Positions 10,330 through 18,667 of a DNA stretch of 64,000 nt are shown piece after piece. Origin of the DNA: a virus (lineage: Duplodnaviria; Caudoviricetes). Where the stretch lies: the IMG/VR virus record IMGVR_UViG_2643221888_000001, positions 1-64,000 of that record; one strand, given 5' to 3'. A model generated the notes under the pieces. It worked only from the letters and a program-made list of their open reading frames with translations, was not told the origin of the DNA and made no database searches. Numbering within the stretch: position 1 is the stretch's first letter; each line of letters begins with the position of its first letter. A program made the position numbers and the translations under genes.

Positions 10330-11259
10330 TTACTCTTGCTCGTGGGCCCAACTGTCGATGGTCAGTTTTTGGGCCTCGGTGAACGTGGCGCGAGTACTCA
10401 ACATCGCGATCAGCTGCGCCGGCGTCTTCTTCTTGCTCAAGACCATTTCGCGCCACACCGGCGTTTTCTCGGCAAACAGCTCATCCGTGCATTCCGGCAG
10501 CTGGTCGATGGTGTGCGGCTCAGCGGCAGCCTGGTGCGGCGCCGGGGTGATGTCGCGAATTTCGCGGCTCGACTCGTCGAGCTCGTCAGGGGTGTAGACA
10601 CCCAGGATCACGTCCGGCGCATACAGGCGCGCCCAACGCTTCACGGCGAGGTATGCCAGCTGCTGTTTGGGATCGGTGGCCCACAGCGGGGAGTTGCGCA
10701 CGCTGGCCTGCACCAGCAGCAGTTCGAGGGTGCGCGGCTGTGTCTCGCCGCGCAGCGTGGCCGAGATACGGATGCCCAGGCCGATCTCGGCGTTCAAGTC
10801 GTAGTCGGGCGCATGGAACTGATAGGCCTTGCGGTAATCCTTGTCGCCCTTTTTGCCGCGTTCGGGCACGCTGACCACCTTGGTCTTGCCGATGATGCGC
10901 TCCCATGGGCCGAACCACTCATAGTTGAAGCGGTCTTGCGTCACGCCGCTCGATACGATGGCCGCATTCACAAGCTGACCTTCGTAGCCAAGGGCGCCGT
11001 TGACCACGTGTGTCTTCTGCGCAACCGCAAAAGGGTTCATCTGCCACTGCATTGCCTGCATGATCACGGCCGCGCAATCCGAGGCACTGCTCTTGAGGTG
11101 GTCGGGGATCGTCGCGCGCCCCTTGGCCATGATGTCGGCCAGGCGCATGATGCTTTCCATGCTGCTGACATCGAGGACGAGTGAGGCGGTGCTGGCCGGC
11201 GCCATTGGGGCGCTCGACAGCTGCATGGCGGATTGCGCTTCTCGGGTGACTGCGTTCAT
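10330..11259 (-). CDS. recT: RecT-family single-strand annealing protein
   Basis: QWQMNPFAVAQKTH..GYEGQLVNA, WATDPKQQLAYLA..LGVYTPDEL. Confidence 0.9.
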   Translation of the reverse strand: MNAVTREAQSAMQLSSAPMAPASTASLVLDVSSMESIMRLADIMAKGRATIPDHLKSSASDCAAVIMQAMQWQMNPFAVAQKTHVVNGALGYEGQLVNAAIVSSGVTQDRFNYEWFGPWERIIGKTKVVSVPERGKKGDKDYRKAYQFHAPDYDLNAEIGLGIRISATLRGETQPRTLELLLVQASVRNSPLWATDPKQQLAYLAVKRWARLYAPDVILGVYTPDELDESSREIRDITPAPHQAAAEPHTIDQLPECTDELFAEKTPVWREMVLSKKKTPAQLIAMLSTRATFTEAQKLTIDSWAHEQE

Positions 11260-11326
11260 GCTTCTCTCCTGTTTAACTTCGTTGTTGCCGCCGGTGGCAG
11301 GTATTTTCGCGGTGTTGGGGCGCCAG

Positions 11327-11461
11327 CTACTTGTCGCCTTTGCCGATCCAGATTTCTTGCTCCCGCTGCGCGGCGCGCGCATCGGCTTGCTGCATGTGTC
11401 CATAGGTCGCCGCGATCAAGATCAGCAGCGCTGCGATGGTCAGAAATTCACGCAGATTCAT
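11327..11461 (-). CDS. Small membrane protein
   Basis: MNLREFLTIAALLILIAATYG, one TM segment; GGAGG SD upstream. Confidence 0.6.
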   Translation of the reverse strand: MNLREFLTIAALLILIAATYGHMQQADARAAQREQEIWIGKGDK

Positions 11462-11717
11462 CGGTGCCTCCGTGGGGCGTTGCGCGCTCAGCCATGACAC
11501 GGTCGCGCTTGAGCTGGATCGCTGCTTGCACAGCCTGGCGTCTCTTCCAACTCGGCACGCCCAAACCCTCCAGCGCAATTTTTAGCACGCGCAGCTCGTG
11601 GCCCGTCATCATCGAGTTGCCGGTGTACAGGCTGACGATGCGGCGCAGCGCACGCTCATGTGGCGTCCACGGCGTCCTGGGCAACTGGGCGATCAGGCCC
11701 GTCTCCAGCGCGCTCAC
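11448..11717 (-). CDS. Hypothetical phage protein
   Basis: GTG start overlapping the previous stop. Confidence 0.55.
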   Translation of the reverse strand: MSALETGLIAQLPRTPWTPHERALRRIVSLYTGNSMMTGHELRVLKIALEGLGVPSWKRRQAVQAAIQLKRDRVMAERATPHGGTDESA

Positions 11718-11848
11718 GTGCGCACCATGGCGGTTACGCCCAGCGCGCCAGCGTCGTACAGCGCGTCGCAGATCGCGCCCAGGGCGCCGATGGCAGTCCG
11801 GTGCTCGATGCGGCCGTCCTCGTGCTTGATGGTGAGCTGGTAGATCAT
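11714..11848 (-). CDS. Small hypothetical protein (44 aa)
   Basis: Read by hand: MIYQLTIKHEDGRIEHRTAIG..; coupled overlaps. Confidence 0.55.
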   Translation of the reverse strand: MIYQLTIKHEDGRIEHRTAIGALGAICDALYDAGALGVTAMVRT

Positions 11849-11961
11849 GGCAACACCACCGATTTGAGAGCGCCGAACCAGAGGGCGCCGGCGGCCGCAC
11901 TACCCATCACGAAGCCGGCGACGGACCCAACCAGGATGGCGCGGAGGAAGCGATATTTCAC
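11845..11961 (-). CDS. Small membrane peptide (38 aa)
   Basis: Read by hand: MKYRFLRAILVGSVAGFVMGSAAAGALWFG.., GTG start; GGAG SD. Confidence 0.55.
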   Translation of the reverse strand: MKYRFLRAILVGSVAGFVMGSAAAGALWFGALKSVVLP

Positions 11962-12179
11962 GATGCGGCTCCCTCGCGGTAGGTCAGCTGCAGACGGATC
12001 GCGTTGCGGCCAGCGGTGGCCGGCGCGCTGCAGCAGCTGCCGGCGGGCACTTGCTCAGCTGCGTCGAGGTTGCCGCTGGTCAGCGCGTCCTCGAAGCCGC
12101 TATCCTGGTAGTCGAAGGCGAGGGCGCTCGATACGGCGAGGCGCGAGGCGCGGCCGGCGGTGATGTGGCGGGCGATCAC
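11958..12179 (-). CDS. Hypothetical protein
   Basis: Coupled 73-aa ORF. Confidence 0.5.
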   Translation of the reverse strand: MIARHITAGRASRLAVSSALAFDYQDSGFEDALTSGNLDAAEQVPAGSCCSAPATAGRNAIRLQLTYREGAAS

Positions 12180-12433
12180 TTCGCACGCTCCGCAAGCATG
12201 GCATCGGCGAACGCATACGCACGGGTGGCGATCTCCTGCTCGTTCCTATATTCGCAACTACCTTTGGTCTTGTTTTCGATCATCGGCGCCAACGCTCGCA
12301 CCGCGAAGTAGTCGCGCATCGACATCCCGCCATATGCCTCGGTGTCGATCCGCTCCTGGCCGTCGCTGTCGATGCCGGTTACCGTAGCCTCCAGACTCGG
12401 GAACGCCGGACCGCCGTTGTTCGTGATGCTCAT
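12176..12433 (-). CDS. Conserved phage protein (GGPAFP / GMSMRDYFA family)
   Basis: NGGPAFP..GMSMRDYFA..AYAFADAMLAER motif. Confidence 0.85.
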   Translation of the reverse strand: MSITNNGGPAFPSLEATVTGIDSDGQERIDTEAYGGMSMRDYFAVRALAPMIENKTKGSCEYRNEQEIATRAYAFADAMLAERAK

Positions 12434-12486
12434 GTCGCTCTCCCTGTTCGTTTCGTTGTTGGGGACCGCGTTCGCCGGTCGCTGCG

Positions 12487-12589
12487 TGTGATGGCGGGAT
12501 TCGAACCCGCTTGGCGTGATGCGAATAGCTGAGCTTGCAGCGCCTTTCCACCGTGTTTCTCGCCCATCGTCATGGGGTTGCTCACCACA
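12487..12589 (-). ncRNA. tRNA-like RNA B (acceptor stem and T-arm; non-canonical middle; no CCA)
   Basis: Acceptor TGTGGTG/CATCACA; T-arm GCGGG-TTCGAAT-CCCGC. Confidence 0.55.
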
Positions 12590-12590
12590 T

Positions 12591-12672
12591 CGAAGCCGGC
12601 TGGATTCGAACCAGCGTTCCCCGTTACCGTCGCGCTCGGAATAGGTGCCCTTAGCCGCTAGACGACAGCTTC
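12591..12672 (-). ncRNA. tRNA-like RNA A (pseudo-tRNA with enlarged anticodon arm; no CCA)
   Basis: GAAGCTG/CGGCTTC acceptor; D-arm GTCT-AGCGGCTAA-GGGC; T-arm GCTGG-TTCGAAT-CCAGC. Confidence 0.7.
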
Positions 12673-12738
12673 GATGTGGTTCCCGCGCTTGCCCGGCGCG
12701 GGACGGGTGCTGCTGGCGGCCAGGCGGCCACCAAAGGA

Positions 12739-12918
12739 TCAGGCCGCTGCCACCTGCGACGCGCGGAATTTCGTCGTAGCCGTCGAGCCTTCGAGCAGGA
12801 CCTCGATGAAGTCGCCGCGCAAAGACGGATGGGTAGCGATGTATTTGCCAGGGCGACGTTCTGGCGCTGCCTTGGTGCCCACGACGGTGACTGCCTGATT
12901 TTTCTTGAACGAACTCAT
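12739..12918 (-). CDS. Small hypothetical protein (59 aa)
   Basis: MSSFKKNQAVTVV start with AGAAAGG SD. Confidence 0.7.
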   Translation of the reverse strand: MSSFKKNQAVTVVGTKAAPERRPGKYIATHPSLRGDFIEVLLEGSTATTKFRASQVAAA

Positions 12919-13069
12919 GTGATGCCTTTCTATGGTTGGTGGTGGCCGGATACGCCGGCCGGCGGCACGGTGCGAGTGCGACGCGGGCATTCCAGATCCC
13001 ACTGGGCGCGATTTCGTCGCCTGGCCAGGACTAGCCAGGTGGTAGCAGCACCCAGCGACCGCATTCGGA

Positions 13070-13408
13070 TTAGTGCGTGACCAGCACGTCGCCGATCGAC
13101 TGCGCGCCGTTCGGGTCGGTGCTTGTGCGGCCAGGACGGAGCGGGCCGGGCGCGGCATCAGCCAGGCATTCAGCTTTGACCTGTGCGGCGCTGGCGCCGG
13201 CGTACACGGCGCGGATGGCCTGGGCGACTTGTGTATTCGGCCGCTCGCCATTCAGTTCCTTGTGCACCTCGGCTTCCGGCGCGCCTTGCGCCTTGAGCAG
13301 CACGACGACATCAGCTACCTTCTGCAGTGCAGCGCACTGCTTTTCAACTGGTGCGGCCTGCAGGGTGGAGGCGATCAGCAGCGCGGCAACAACGATGACT
13401 TTTTTCAC
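13070..13408 (-). CDS. Secreted/periplasmic hypothetical protein
   Basis: Signal peptide MKKVIVVAALLIASTLQA; two Cys; AGGAG SD. Confidence 0.75.
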   Translation of the reverse strand: MKKVIVVAALLIASTLQAAPVEKQCAALQKVADVVVLLKAQGAPEAEVHKELNGERPNTQVAQAIRAVYAGASAAQVKAECLADAAPGPLRPGRTSTDPNGAQSIGDVLVTH

Positions 13409-13460
13409 GATGAACTCCTAAAATTGGTGGATGGGGCAGGACTTCACTTCCTGTCGCGTG

Positions 13461-13823
13461 TCACATCGGTGGGCGCTCCACGTTGAAGTTGCGCTCCCAC
13501 TCCATGCGCTCGATGCGCGCATCTTCGGCCGACACTTGGCGCAGCTCGTGCGCGCTCGGCAGCGTGCGGTTGCACCAGTCGTCGAATTCGAGCAATACGG
13601 GGCGCCTGAAGAATGCGGTCAGCGCCACGTCGTGGCCGGTCAGCGTCACGTCCGTTACTTCGTAGCCGGCCGCGTCGAGCGTTCCGTGCAGGTCGAGCAG
13701 CACGCCGTCATGTTCGTAGCCCACTACCAGCACGCGGGTACCGGGTGTCACGGTCGGCTGCTGTGCTGGCACGGCCGGCGCGCTGGCACGCTGGAGCAGC
13801 GCGAAGTTGATCGGAGCATTCAT
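13461..13823 (-). CDS. Hypothetical phage protein
   Basis: 120-aa ORF with TAATG coupling. Confidence 0.7.
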   Translation of the reverse strand: MNAPINFALLQRASAPAVPAQQPTVTPGTRVLVVGYEHDGVLLDLHGTLDAAGYEVTDVTLTGHDVALTAFFRRPVLLEFDDWCNRTLPSAHELRQVSAEDARIERMEWERNFNVERPPM

Positions 13824-14143
13824 TACGCAGCCTCGGCAGCTTCGAAGGCCTGGGTCAGCACTGCCGGCTCGTACGTGTTGACCTCGCCGTACGCCTCAAA
13901 CACGCGGCCGATCAGGTGGCCTGCGGCGCGGCTCAGCGCCGCAGCGCGGCGACCGATCCGGCTCATTTCGGTGTTGGTACGGGTCATGCCGCGTGCGGCA
14001 CAGAACTGCGCAACGGTCTGGCGACCGTCTGCCGGTGCTGCTGCGACCAGGCTCAAGCGCGGCGCGCGCGGCGCCAGGTCAGCAGCCAATTCGGTGAAGT
14101 GGAAGGCGCTGCCAGATGGCGCGCCAACGATCAGGGCGATCAC
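13823..14143 (-). CDS. Hypothetical phage protein
   Basis: 106-aa coupled ORF. Confidence 0.65.
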   Translation of the reverse strand: MIALIVGAPSGSAFHFTELAADLAPRAPRLSLVAAAPADGRQTVAQFCAARGMTRTNTEMSRIGRRAAALSRAAGHLIGRVFEAYGEVNTYEPAVLTQAFEAAEAA

Positions 14144-14223
14144 TTCGCCACCTGCTGGGCGGCGTATGCGACCTCACCGCGGAGGGCGGCTTCGGCAAGT
14201 GCTGCAAGTTCGGCTGGTGACAT
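14140..14223 (-). CDS. First small ORF of the leftward operon (27 aa)
   Basis: Read by hand: MSPAELAALAEAALRGEVAYAAQQVAK; GGAG SD; GTGA overlap with next gene. Confidence 0.55.
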   Translation of the reverse strand: MSPAELAALAEAALRGEVAYAAQQVAK

Positions 14224-14259
14224 TTCGTTCTCCATCGCTGTGTTTGCTTCGATGGATGA

Positions 14260-14343
14260 ACTATAGCGCAGCTATATTTCACTTGCAATAGCAGCGCTAC
14301 AGTTCTTCAAAATTATTTTTGCATGATGTGCAGCATTGCTACA
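14260..14343 (-). promoter_or_regulatory. PL promoter with three OL operators
   Basis: Minus strand TTGCAA-17-TATAGT; operators TATAGC-gca-GCTATA (14262), AATAGC-agc-GCTACA (14287), TGCAGC-att-GCTACA (14329). Confidence 0.8.
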
Positions 14344-14471
14344 GAAAAGGTGCTTTCACCGGGTGGTCGGGGGCGCGCAGCAGCCCCATGGGTACTTGGC
14401 TGCCGTTCATTTGTACGATGGCCATTCTGTCAGGCTCGGAGCCCGAAGAACCGATCGGAAAGCTTTAGACG

Positions 14472-14494
14472 AAAAAAAGCCCGCATGTGCGGGC
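14472..14494 (-). terminator. Intrinsic terminator of the cI transcript
   Basis: AGCCCGC-ACAT-GCGGGCT hairpin followed by a T-run on the minus strand. Confidence 0.8.
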
Positions 14495-14517
14495 TGGTTA
14501 AGAGACAGTGGAGAGTC

Positions 14518-15036
14518 CTATGCGGGCGGGCTACTCGCTTCGCAGATTTCTTTCCAGTGGTCTTTAAAAACCTCACGCCGAGCGAGCTCGTACTGAGTAT
14601 CTACAGAGTCGTTTGGCGTTGGGATGTTAGGGAACTGCTTTCTTAAATTTGCAATCCGATCGAGTCGTTCATTAACTTTGGTCAATACAAGCAAAAACTC
14701 CTCGGGCGACTCTTCGCCAAGCATACCCTCACTCTCGATATACACGGTTTTGGTCTGGCGGCCGGAAATAAATTTTTCAAAACCGGTGTAGGCGCCCATT
14801 CTGTTCTTGGAATTAAACTCTCCGCAATGCCAGTTGAAGTCAACGAGTCGATCGTTTCGGAAAAGTATGGTGGTAGGGTCTATTACACGCTCGGCGACCA
14901 ACTCGCGTGCCTTGGGTAGCGTCACCCAGCTTTCATATTTAAGCCAAAAAATCGCGCAGCTGATGGCGGCTGCTACCACTACCAGGAGTGCGACGCGTTT
15001 AGAAGTTGATGACGGTTTATTCATCGCATTGACCAA
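14518..15036 (-). CDS. Membrane-anchored accessory protein co-transcribed with cI
   Basis: N-terminal TM; CGEFNSKNRMGAYTGFEKF motif; lower GC; rexAB-like position. Confidence 0.8.
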   Translation of the reverse strand: MVNAMNKPSSTSKRVALLVVVAAAISCAIFWLKYESWVTLPKARELVAERVIDPTTILFRNDRLVDFNWHCGEFNSKNRMGAYTGFEKFISGRQTKTVYIESEGMLGEESPEEFLLVLTKVNERLDRIANLRKQFPNIPTPNDSVDTQYELARREVFKDHWKEICEASSPPA

Positions 15037-15047
15037 TATTCCATTAT

Positions 15048-15785
15048 TTAAATGTGATCTGTTTCTCGCCGCACAACCCTTCCTATGATGCCGCAGTCCC
15101 GACTACGACATCCTTTCGGCCTGTGGCGAGCCTGATCAGGATTATCGGAAAATAGCCACCACTCGCCGCGCTCCTTCACCAAGCGCTTTATCACCGACTC
15201 GCCATCGTAATTGAAGGCATACACCTCGCCGTCTTTCATTATCCTGTCGGCAGTATCTACCACCACAACATCGCCATCGTAAAGACTTGGTTCCATGCTC
15301 TCTCCCGTTACGGAAAGAGCGAGTAGGGTGCTAGGGTGAATGCCTTTGCGATCTACCCAGTTTTTCCTCAAACTTATCGTGTCACCATCATAGATATCGG
15401 GCACCGTCTGAAAGCCAGTTACCCCGGCGCGCAACTGAAGTTTTACTTTCTTGATATGGTAGAAATTTTGATCTTCTGGGTCATCGATTACCACTCTCAT
15501 CGCGCCCTTCGGTAACTCACTCGCTGGTGGCACCAGTTCCAAATGGCTCGCAGCTGCTTGCGCCTCCTTGGCCAGCCTTGGGCTTATATCCTCCAAGGTA
15601 CAGCCAAACCCCCGCGCATAAGCCATTGCTGCCTCCATGCTTATGGGCCTCCGGCCAGTGATGTTCTGATAGATCATGGACTGGCCGCCCTTGATCTCGT
15701 GCACACGCGCGAACTCCGCACGATTCACCCCCGCGAATCGTTCCTTGAGGCGCGCGGCCTCTTCCTCGATAGTCAATATCTTCAT
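15048..15785 (-). CDS. cI: CI-like repressor (HTH + S24 autopeptidase)
   Basis: AG cleavage site (LRAGVTG), GESMEP catalytic Ser, IKRL catalytic Lys. Confidence 0.93.
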   Translation of the reverse strand: MKILTIEEEAARLKERFAGVNRAEFARVHEIKGGQSMIYQNITGRRPISMEAAMAYARGFGCTLEDISPRLAKEAQAAASHLELVPPASELPKGAMRVVIDDPEDQNFYHIKKVKLQLRAGVTGFQTVPDIYDGDTISLRKNWVDRKGIHPSTLLALSVTGESMEPSLYDGDVVVVDTADRIMKDGEVYAFNYDGESVIKRLVKERGEWWLFSDNPDQARHRPKGCRSRDCGIIGRVVRRETDHI

Positions 15786-15849
15786 ATAGCAATGCTATCT
15801 AAAAAAGAATGTAGCAGGGCTTGTGTTTAAACTGTAGCGGCGCTATAGT
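15785..15849. promoter_or_regulatory. OR operators with divergent PR and PRM
   Basis: TATAGC-aat-GCTATC (15785), TGTAGC-agg-GCTTGT (15810), TGTAGC-ggc-GCTATA (15833); PR is TTGTGT-17-TATAGT. Confidence 0.8.
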
Positions 15850-15855
15850 TCGCAC

Positions 15856-16137
15856 ATGAACCTCAAAACATACTCGGCACAGGCGGAAGTGAAGAAAGCG
15901 AAATTAGCTCGCTCCGTCGGCGTTTCGCCAGCGCTGCTACACCAGTGGATCGAAGGAATTCGACCGGTTGCCATTCGTCACTGCCTCGCTATCGAGCGTG
16001 CTACCGAGGGCCAGGTTACGCGTCAGGACCTTCGCCCGGACGATTGGCAGAACATCTGGCCAGAGCTGGCGCCATCGTGCGCCGCTGCCGCTCCTACAGA
16101 CGTGACCTCGCTCAACCGCGCCGGAGAACCCGCATGA
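15856..16137 (+). CDS. cro: Cro/YdaS-family HTH regulator
   Basis: LARSVGVSPALLHQW..IERATEGQVTRQDLRPDDWQNIWPEL; divergent from cI. Confidence 0.9.
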   Translation: MNLKTYSAQAEVKKAKLARSVGVSPALLHQWIEGIRPVAIRHCLAIERATEGQVTRQDLRPDDWQNIWPELAPSCAAAAPTDVTSLNRAGEPA

Positions 16138-16502
16138 AAGCCGCACTCAACCGGATCGCTGCGCTGCTCGGCTACGTGCCGGCGCCGGCCAAGCTCGCGC
16201 CGAGCGTCATCACGATGGAACTCGACTTCGAGATCGACAGCGCACCGCTGGACACCGCGATAGCGAAGCTCGACCAGGCTGCCGAGGCTGCGCGTCGTGC
16301 CGAAGCTGCTATCAACGATGCGCTGATGGCGCAGGCCGGCGAGTTCATCGAGTCCGTGTTGGTGGCTGACGATTCTCAGGCCCCGATCCTTGCCGAACTT
16401 CGCCGCGCCACCACGCTGCTGGAAGTTCTGGCCAAGCAGGGCGACCGCGCATCCCAAGTCGAGCCCGCCACTGGCGCCGCTGCATCCGGCCTTCCCGGCT
16501 GA
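16134..16502 (+). CDS. Hypothetical protein
   Basis: ATGA overlap with cro; GGAG SD. Confidence 0.65.
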   Translation: MKAALNRIAALLGYVPAPAKLAPSVITMELDFEIDSAPLDTAIAKLDQAAEAARRAEAAINDALMAQAGEFIESVLVADDSQAPILAELRRATTLLEVLAKQGDRASQVEPATGAAASGLPG

Positions 16503-16590
16503 CGGCGACCGACGCAAACAATTTCGCAAATCGCCGGCTCAGACCTTGCCGGTTCCATCCTGAAGTCCGCATCACTATAGGAGCAACACC

Positions 16591-16881
16591 ATGAGCAGCA
16601 CCAACCATAAGCCAAGCCCCCGCTTGAACGTCATCAAGGTCTATGTCGGCGACGAAGAGCATGCCGCCTTACAGAGCCACTGCCACGCCGCTGACATCGG
16701 CGTGAGCGCCTTCCTGCGCAAGGCCGGCATGCGCATCGCAACCGCACACCAGCAGGTTACGCGCCTGCCTGGCCGCCGTGAAGGCCCTGATGCAGGCCTG
16801 CGCCGGGCCTTCTCGTTCCCCGGCCACGCCCAGGGCGTGCGCCGGGTATCGCGAGGCGCGCTGCGCCCGATGCGTTCCTGA
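16591..16881 (+). CDS. Ribbon-helix-helix-like regulator at the CII position
   Basis: IKVYVGDEEHAAL..GVSAFLRKAG; AGGAG SD. Confidence 0.6.
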   Translation: MSSTNHKPSPRLNVIKVYVGDEEHAALQSHCHAADIGVSAFLRKAGMRIATAHQQVTRLPGRREGPDAGLRRAFSFPGHAQGVRRVSRGALRPMRS

Positions 16882-16928
16882 ATCGCCACCAAGTCCCGCA
16901 CCCGCCGGGCGCAACCAAAGGAAGAGCC

Positions 16929-17705
16929 GTGAACCAGCTGATCATTGCCAACGTACCAATCCGCTCCGACGACCTCGGCCGCTACTCGCTGAACGACCTG
17001 CATAAGGCAGCCGGCGCCGCACCGCGCCACCGCCCGCCGCTTTGGCTCGAAAACCAGCAGGCCCAGGACCTGGTCGCGCAGCTCGCTGCCGAAGCAGGCG
17101 ATGCAGGAATTCCTGCATCGGTCGTCAGTATCAAGGGCGGCCTGAACCAGGGCACCTACGCCGGCAAGGAACTGGTCTACGCCTACGCGATGTGGATCAG
17201 CGCCAAGTTCCACCTGGAAGTAATCCGTACGTTTGATGCATTGGTCACCGGCGCGCTCCCGGCGCCAGCAGCAAAGCCTGCGCGCGCGGTACCTGCGAAG
17301 TCGCCCTTGATGGTTGCCGCCAGCATGGCGCCGACGGTTGTACGCGCGCTGCGCTCGTTCGGCATCGACAAAAATGCGGCCGCCATCGGCGCCAACCAGA
17401 TCATCACCGCGCAGACCGGCGTGAACCTTCTAGCGCTCGCCGGCCAGCAGCACATGCCGACGCCAGACCAGAAAATTTGCTTCACGCCCACCGAGCTCGG
17501 TAAGCGCTTTTGCCAGAGCGCCATCCGCTTCAACCAGCGCCTGCTCGACGCCGGCCTGCAAGAGAGCATCGCCGGCCATTGGGTGCCGACTGAGAAGGGG
17601 CGCCAGCACGCCGTCGTGCTCGACACCGGCAAGGCCCACGGCAATGGCACGCCGATCCAGCAGGTGAAGTGGAAGGATTCGGTACTCGCGGAGGTGGCCC
17701 TGTGA
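16929..17705 (+). CDS. KilA-N domain protein (antirepressor-like)
   Basis: GRYSLNDLHKAAG, QGTYAGKELVYAYAMWISAKFHLEVIRTFD. Confidence 0.9.
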   Translation: MNQLIIANVPIRSDDLGRYSLNDLHKAAGAAPRHRPPLWLENQQAQDLVAQLAAEAGDAGIPASVVSIKGGLNQGTYAGKELVYAYAMWISAKFHLEVIRTFDALVTGALPAPAAKPARAVPAKSPLMVAASMAPTVVRALRSFGIDKNAAAIGANQIITAQTGVNLLALAGQQHMPTPDQKICFTPTELGKRFCQSAIRFNQRLLDAGLQESIAGHWVPTEKGRQHAVVLDTGKAHGNGTPIQQVKWKDSVLAEVAL

Positions 17706-18184
17706 ATAGCCCAGCGAACAATCAGCCGCGCGCAGCGGCGATAGGAATCGAGGACATCGCTGCTGAAATGGACCTCGAGCGCCGTATTGGACTGCATTTG
17801 GCCGCCACTACAGTGCTCGACGGTTTCACGGCTGGCCGCATCGCCTTCGACATTGTGAAGATGCTGCCGCATGCTGCTCTCGCGCCCGCCGTAGCTGATA
17901 TCGGCTTGCCCGAGCTGCGCGACCACTTGGCAACGGCCAAGGTAATGGACCGCTCGATCACGCTGTCGCCGGCCTCCGCCGGCGCGCTGCACCTGGCGAT
18001 GACCACGGCGCCGGCACAGCCTGAGCCCGGCGCCGCGCCGCAGCTGGCCGGCTACGTCGAGCCGCAGGAAATTCCGTGCATCGGCCAGTGCCGCACCACG
18101 CTGTGGGCCACGAAGCAAAGCGCTGACGCGCAGGCGGTGTACCTGCCGCCAACCATGGCGCCAAAGAAAGAAGGTGGACTGTGA
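17702..18184 (+). CDS. Hypothetical protein
   Basis: GTGA coupling; GGAGG SD. Confidence 0.6.
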   Translation: MNSPANNQPRAAAIGIEDIAAEMDLERRIGLHLAATTVLDGFTAGRIAFDIVKMLPHAALAPAVADIGLPELRDHLATAKVMDRSITLSPASAGALHLAMTTAPAQPEPGAAPQLAGYVEPQEIPCIGQCRTTLWATKQSADAQAVYLPPTMAPKKEGGL

Positions 18185-18366
18185 GTCACCACGACGAAGA
18201 CAAAGGCCGCGTCAAGCTGGCCGTGCTGGTTCGCGAAATGCGCGAGAACCTGGTCGCTCACATCGAGATAGCGCAACTCAGCGCGAAGATCAGCCGCGCT
18301 AAGTATTTGGCGTTGGTGGCCGAAGGCTTTACCGAGCAGCAGGCGCTGGAGCTGTGCGAACCATGA
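18181..18366 (+). CDS. Small conserved phage protein
   Basis: KYLALVAEGFTEQQALELC motif. Confidence 0.7.
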   Translation: MSHHDEDKGRVKLAVLVREMRENLVAHIEIAQLSAKISRAKYLALVAEGFTEQQALELCEP

Positions 18367-18394
18367 GCTACTCGACTTCGGCCGGAGCACCCCC

Positions 18395-18667
18395 ATGACA
18401 GCAGGCCCCGTGCCGCCCAGCGTGCGCGAACTGCTGGATTACCTGATCACCGAACACCGTTTAAAAAATTACGCCGAGTTGGCCCGGGAAATGGGCGAGA
18501 CGGGCGCCACGATCAGCCGCCTGGTGAGCGGCCGACAGCGCCTCTCGGCAAAGCAGATCCTGTTCATCCATGAGTACTTCGGCATGGGCGTTCAAGAGAT
18601 CCGCGAGAGGTCCGGACAGTACGGCCCGATTGCGGAAATAGAAAAGCCGGCGTCCAGGCCGGCTTAG
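18395..18667 (+). CDS. XRE-like HTH protein
   Basis: NYAELAREMGETGATISRLVSG. Confidence 0.75.
   Translation: MTAGPVPPSVRELLDYLITEHRLKNYAELAREMGETGATISRLVSGRQRLSAKQILFIHEYFGMGVQEIRERSGQYGPIAEIEKPASRPA

Noticed and set aside
12487-12672. Calling the two elements functional decoding tRNAs
   Set aside because: The anticodon arms are non-canonical, so no amino acid can be assigned
12990-13069. Possible hammerhead ribozyme (CGAAA next to stems)
   Set aside because: No CUGANGA core
13424-13455. Minus-strand hairpin followed by CCCCATCC-ACCA, like a tRNA 3' end
   Set aside because: The loop lacks TTC and no 5' acceptor strand or D-arm was found
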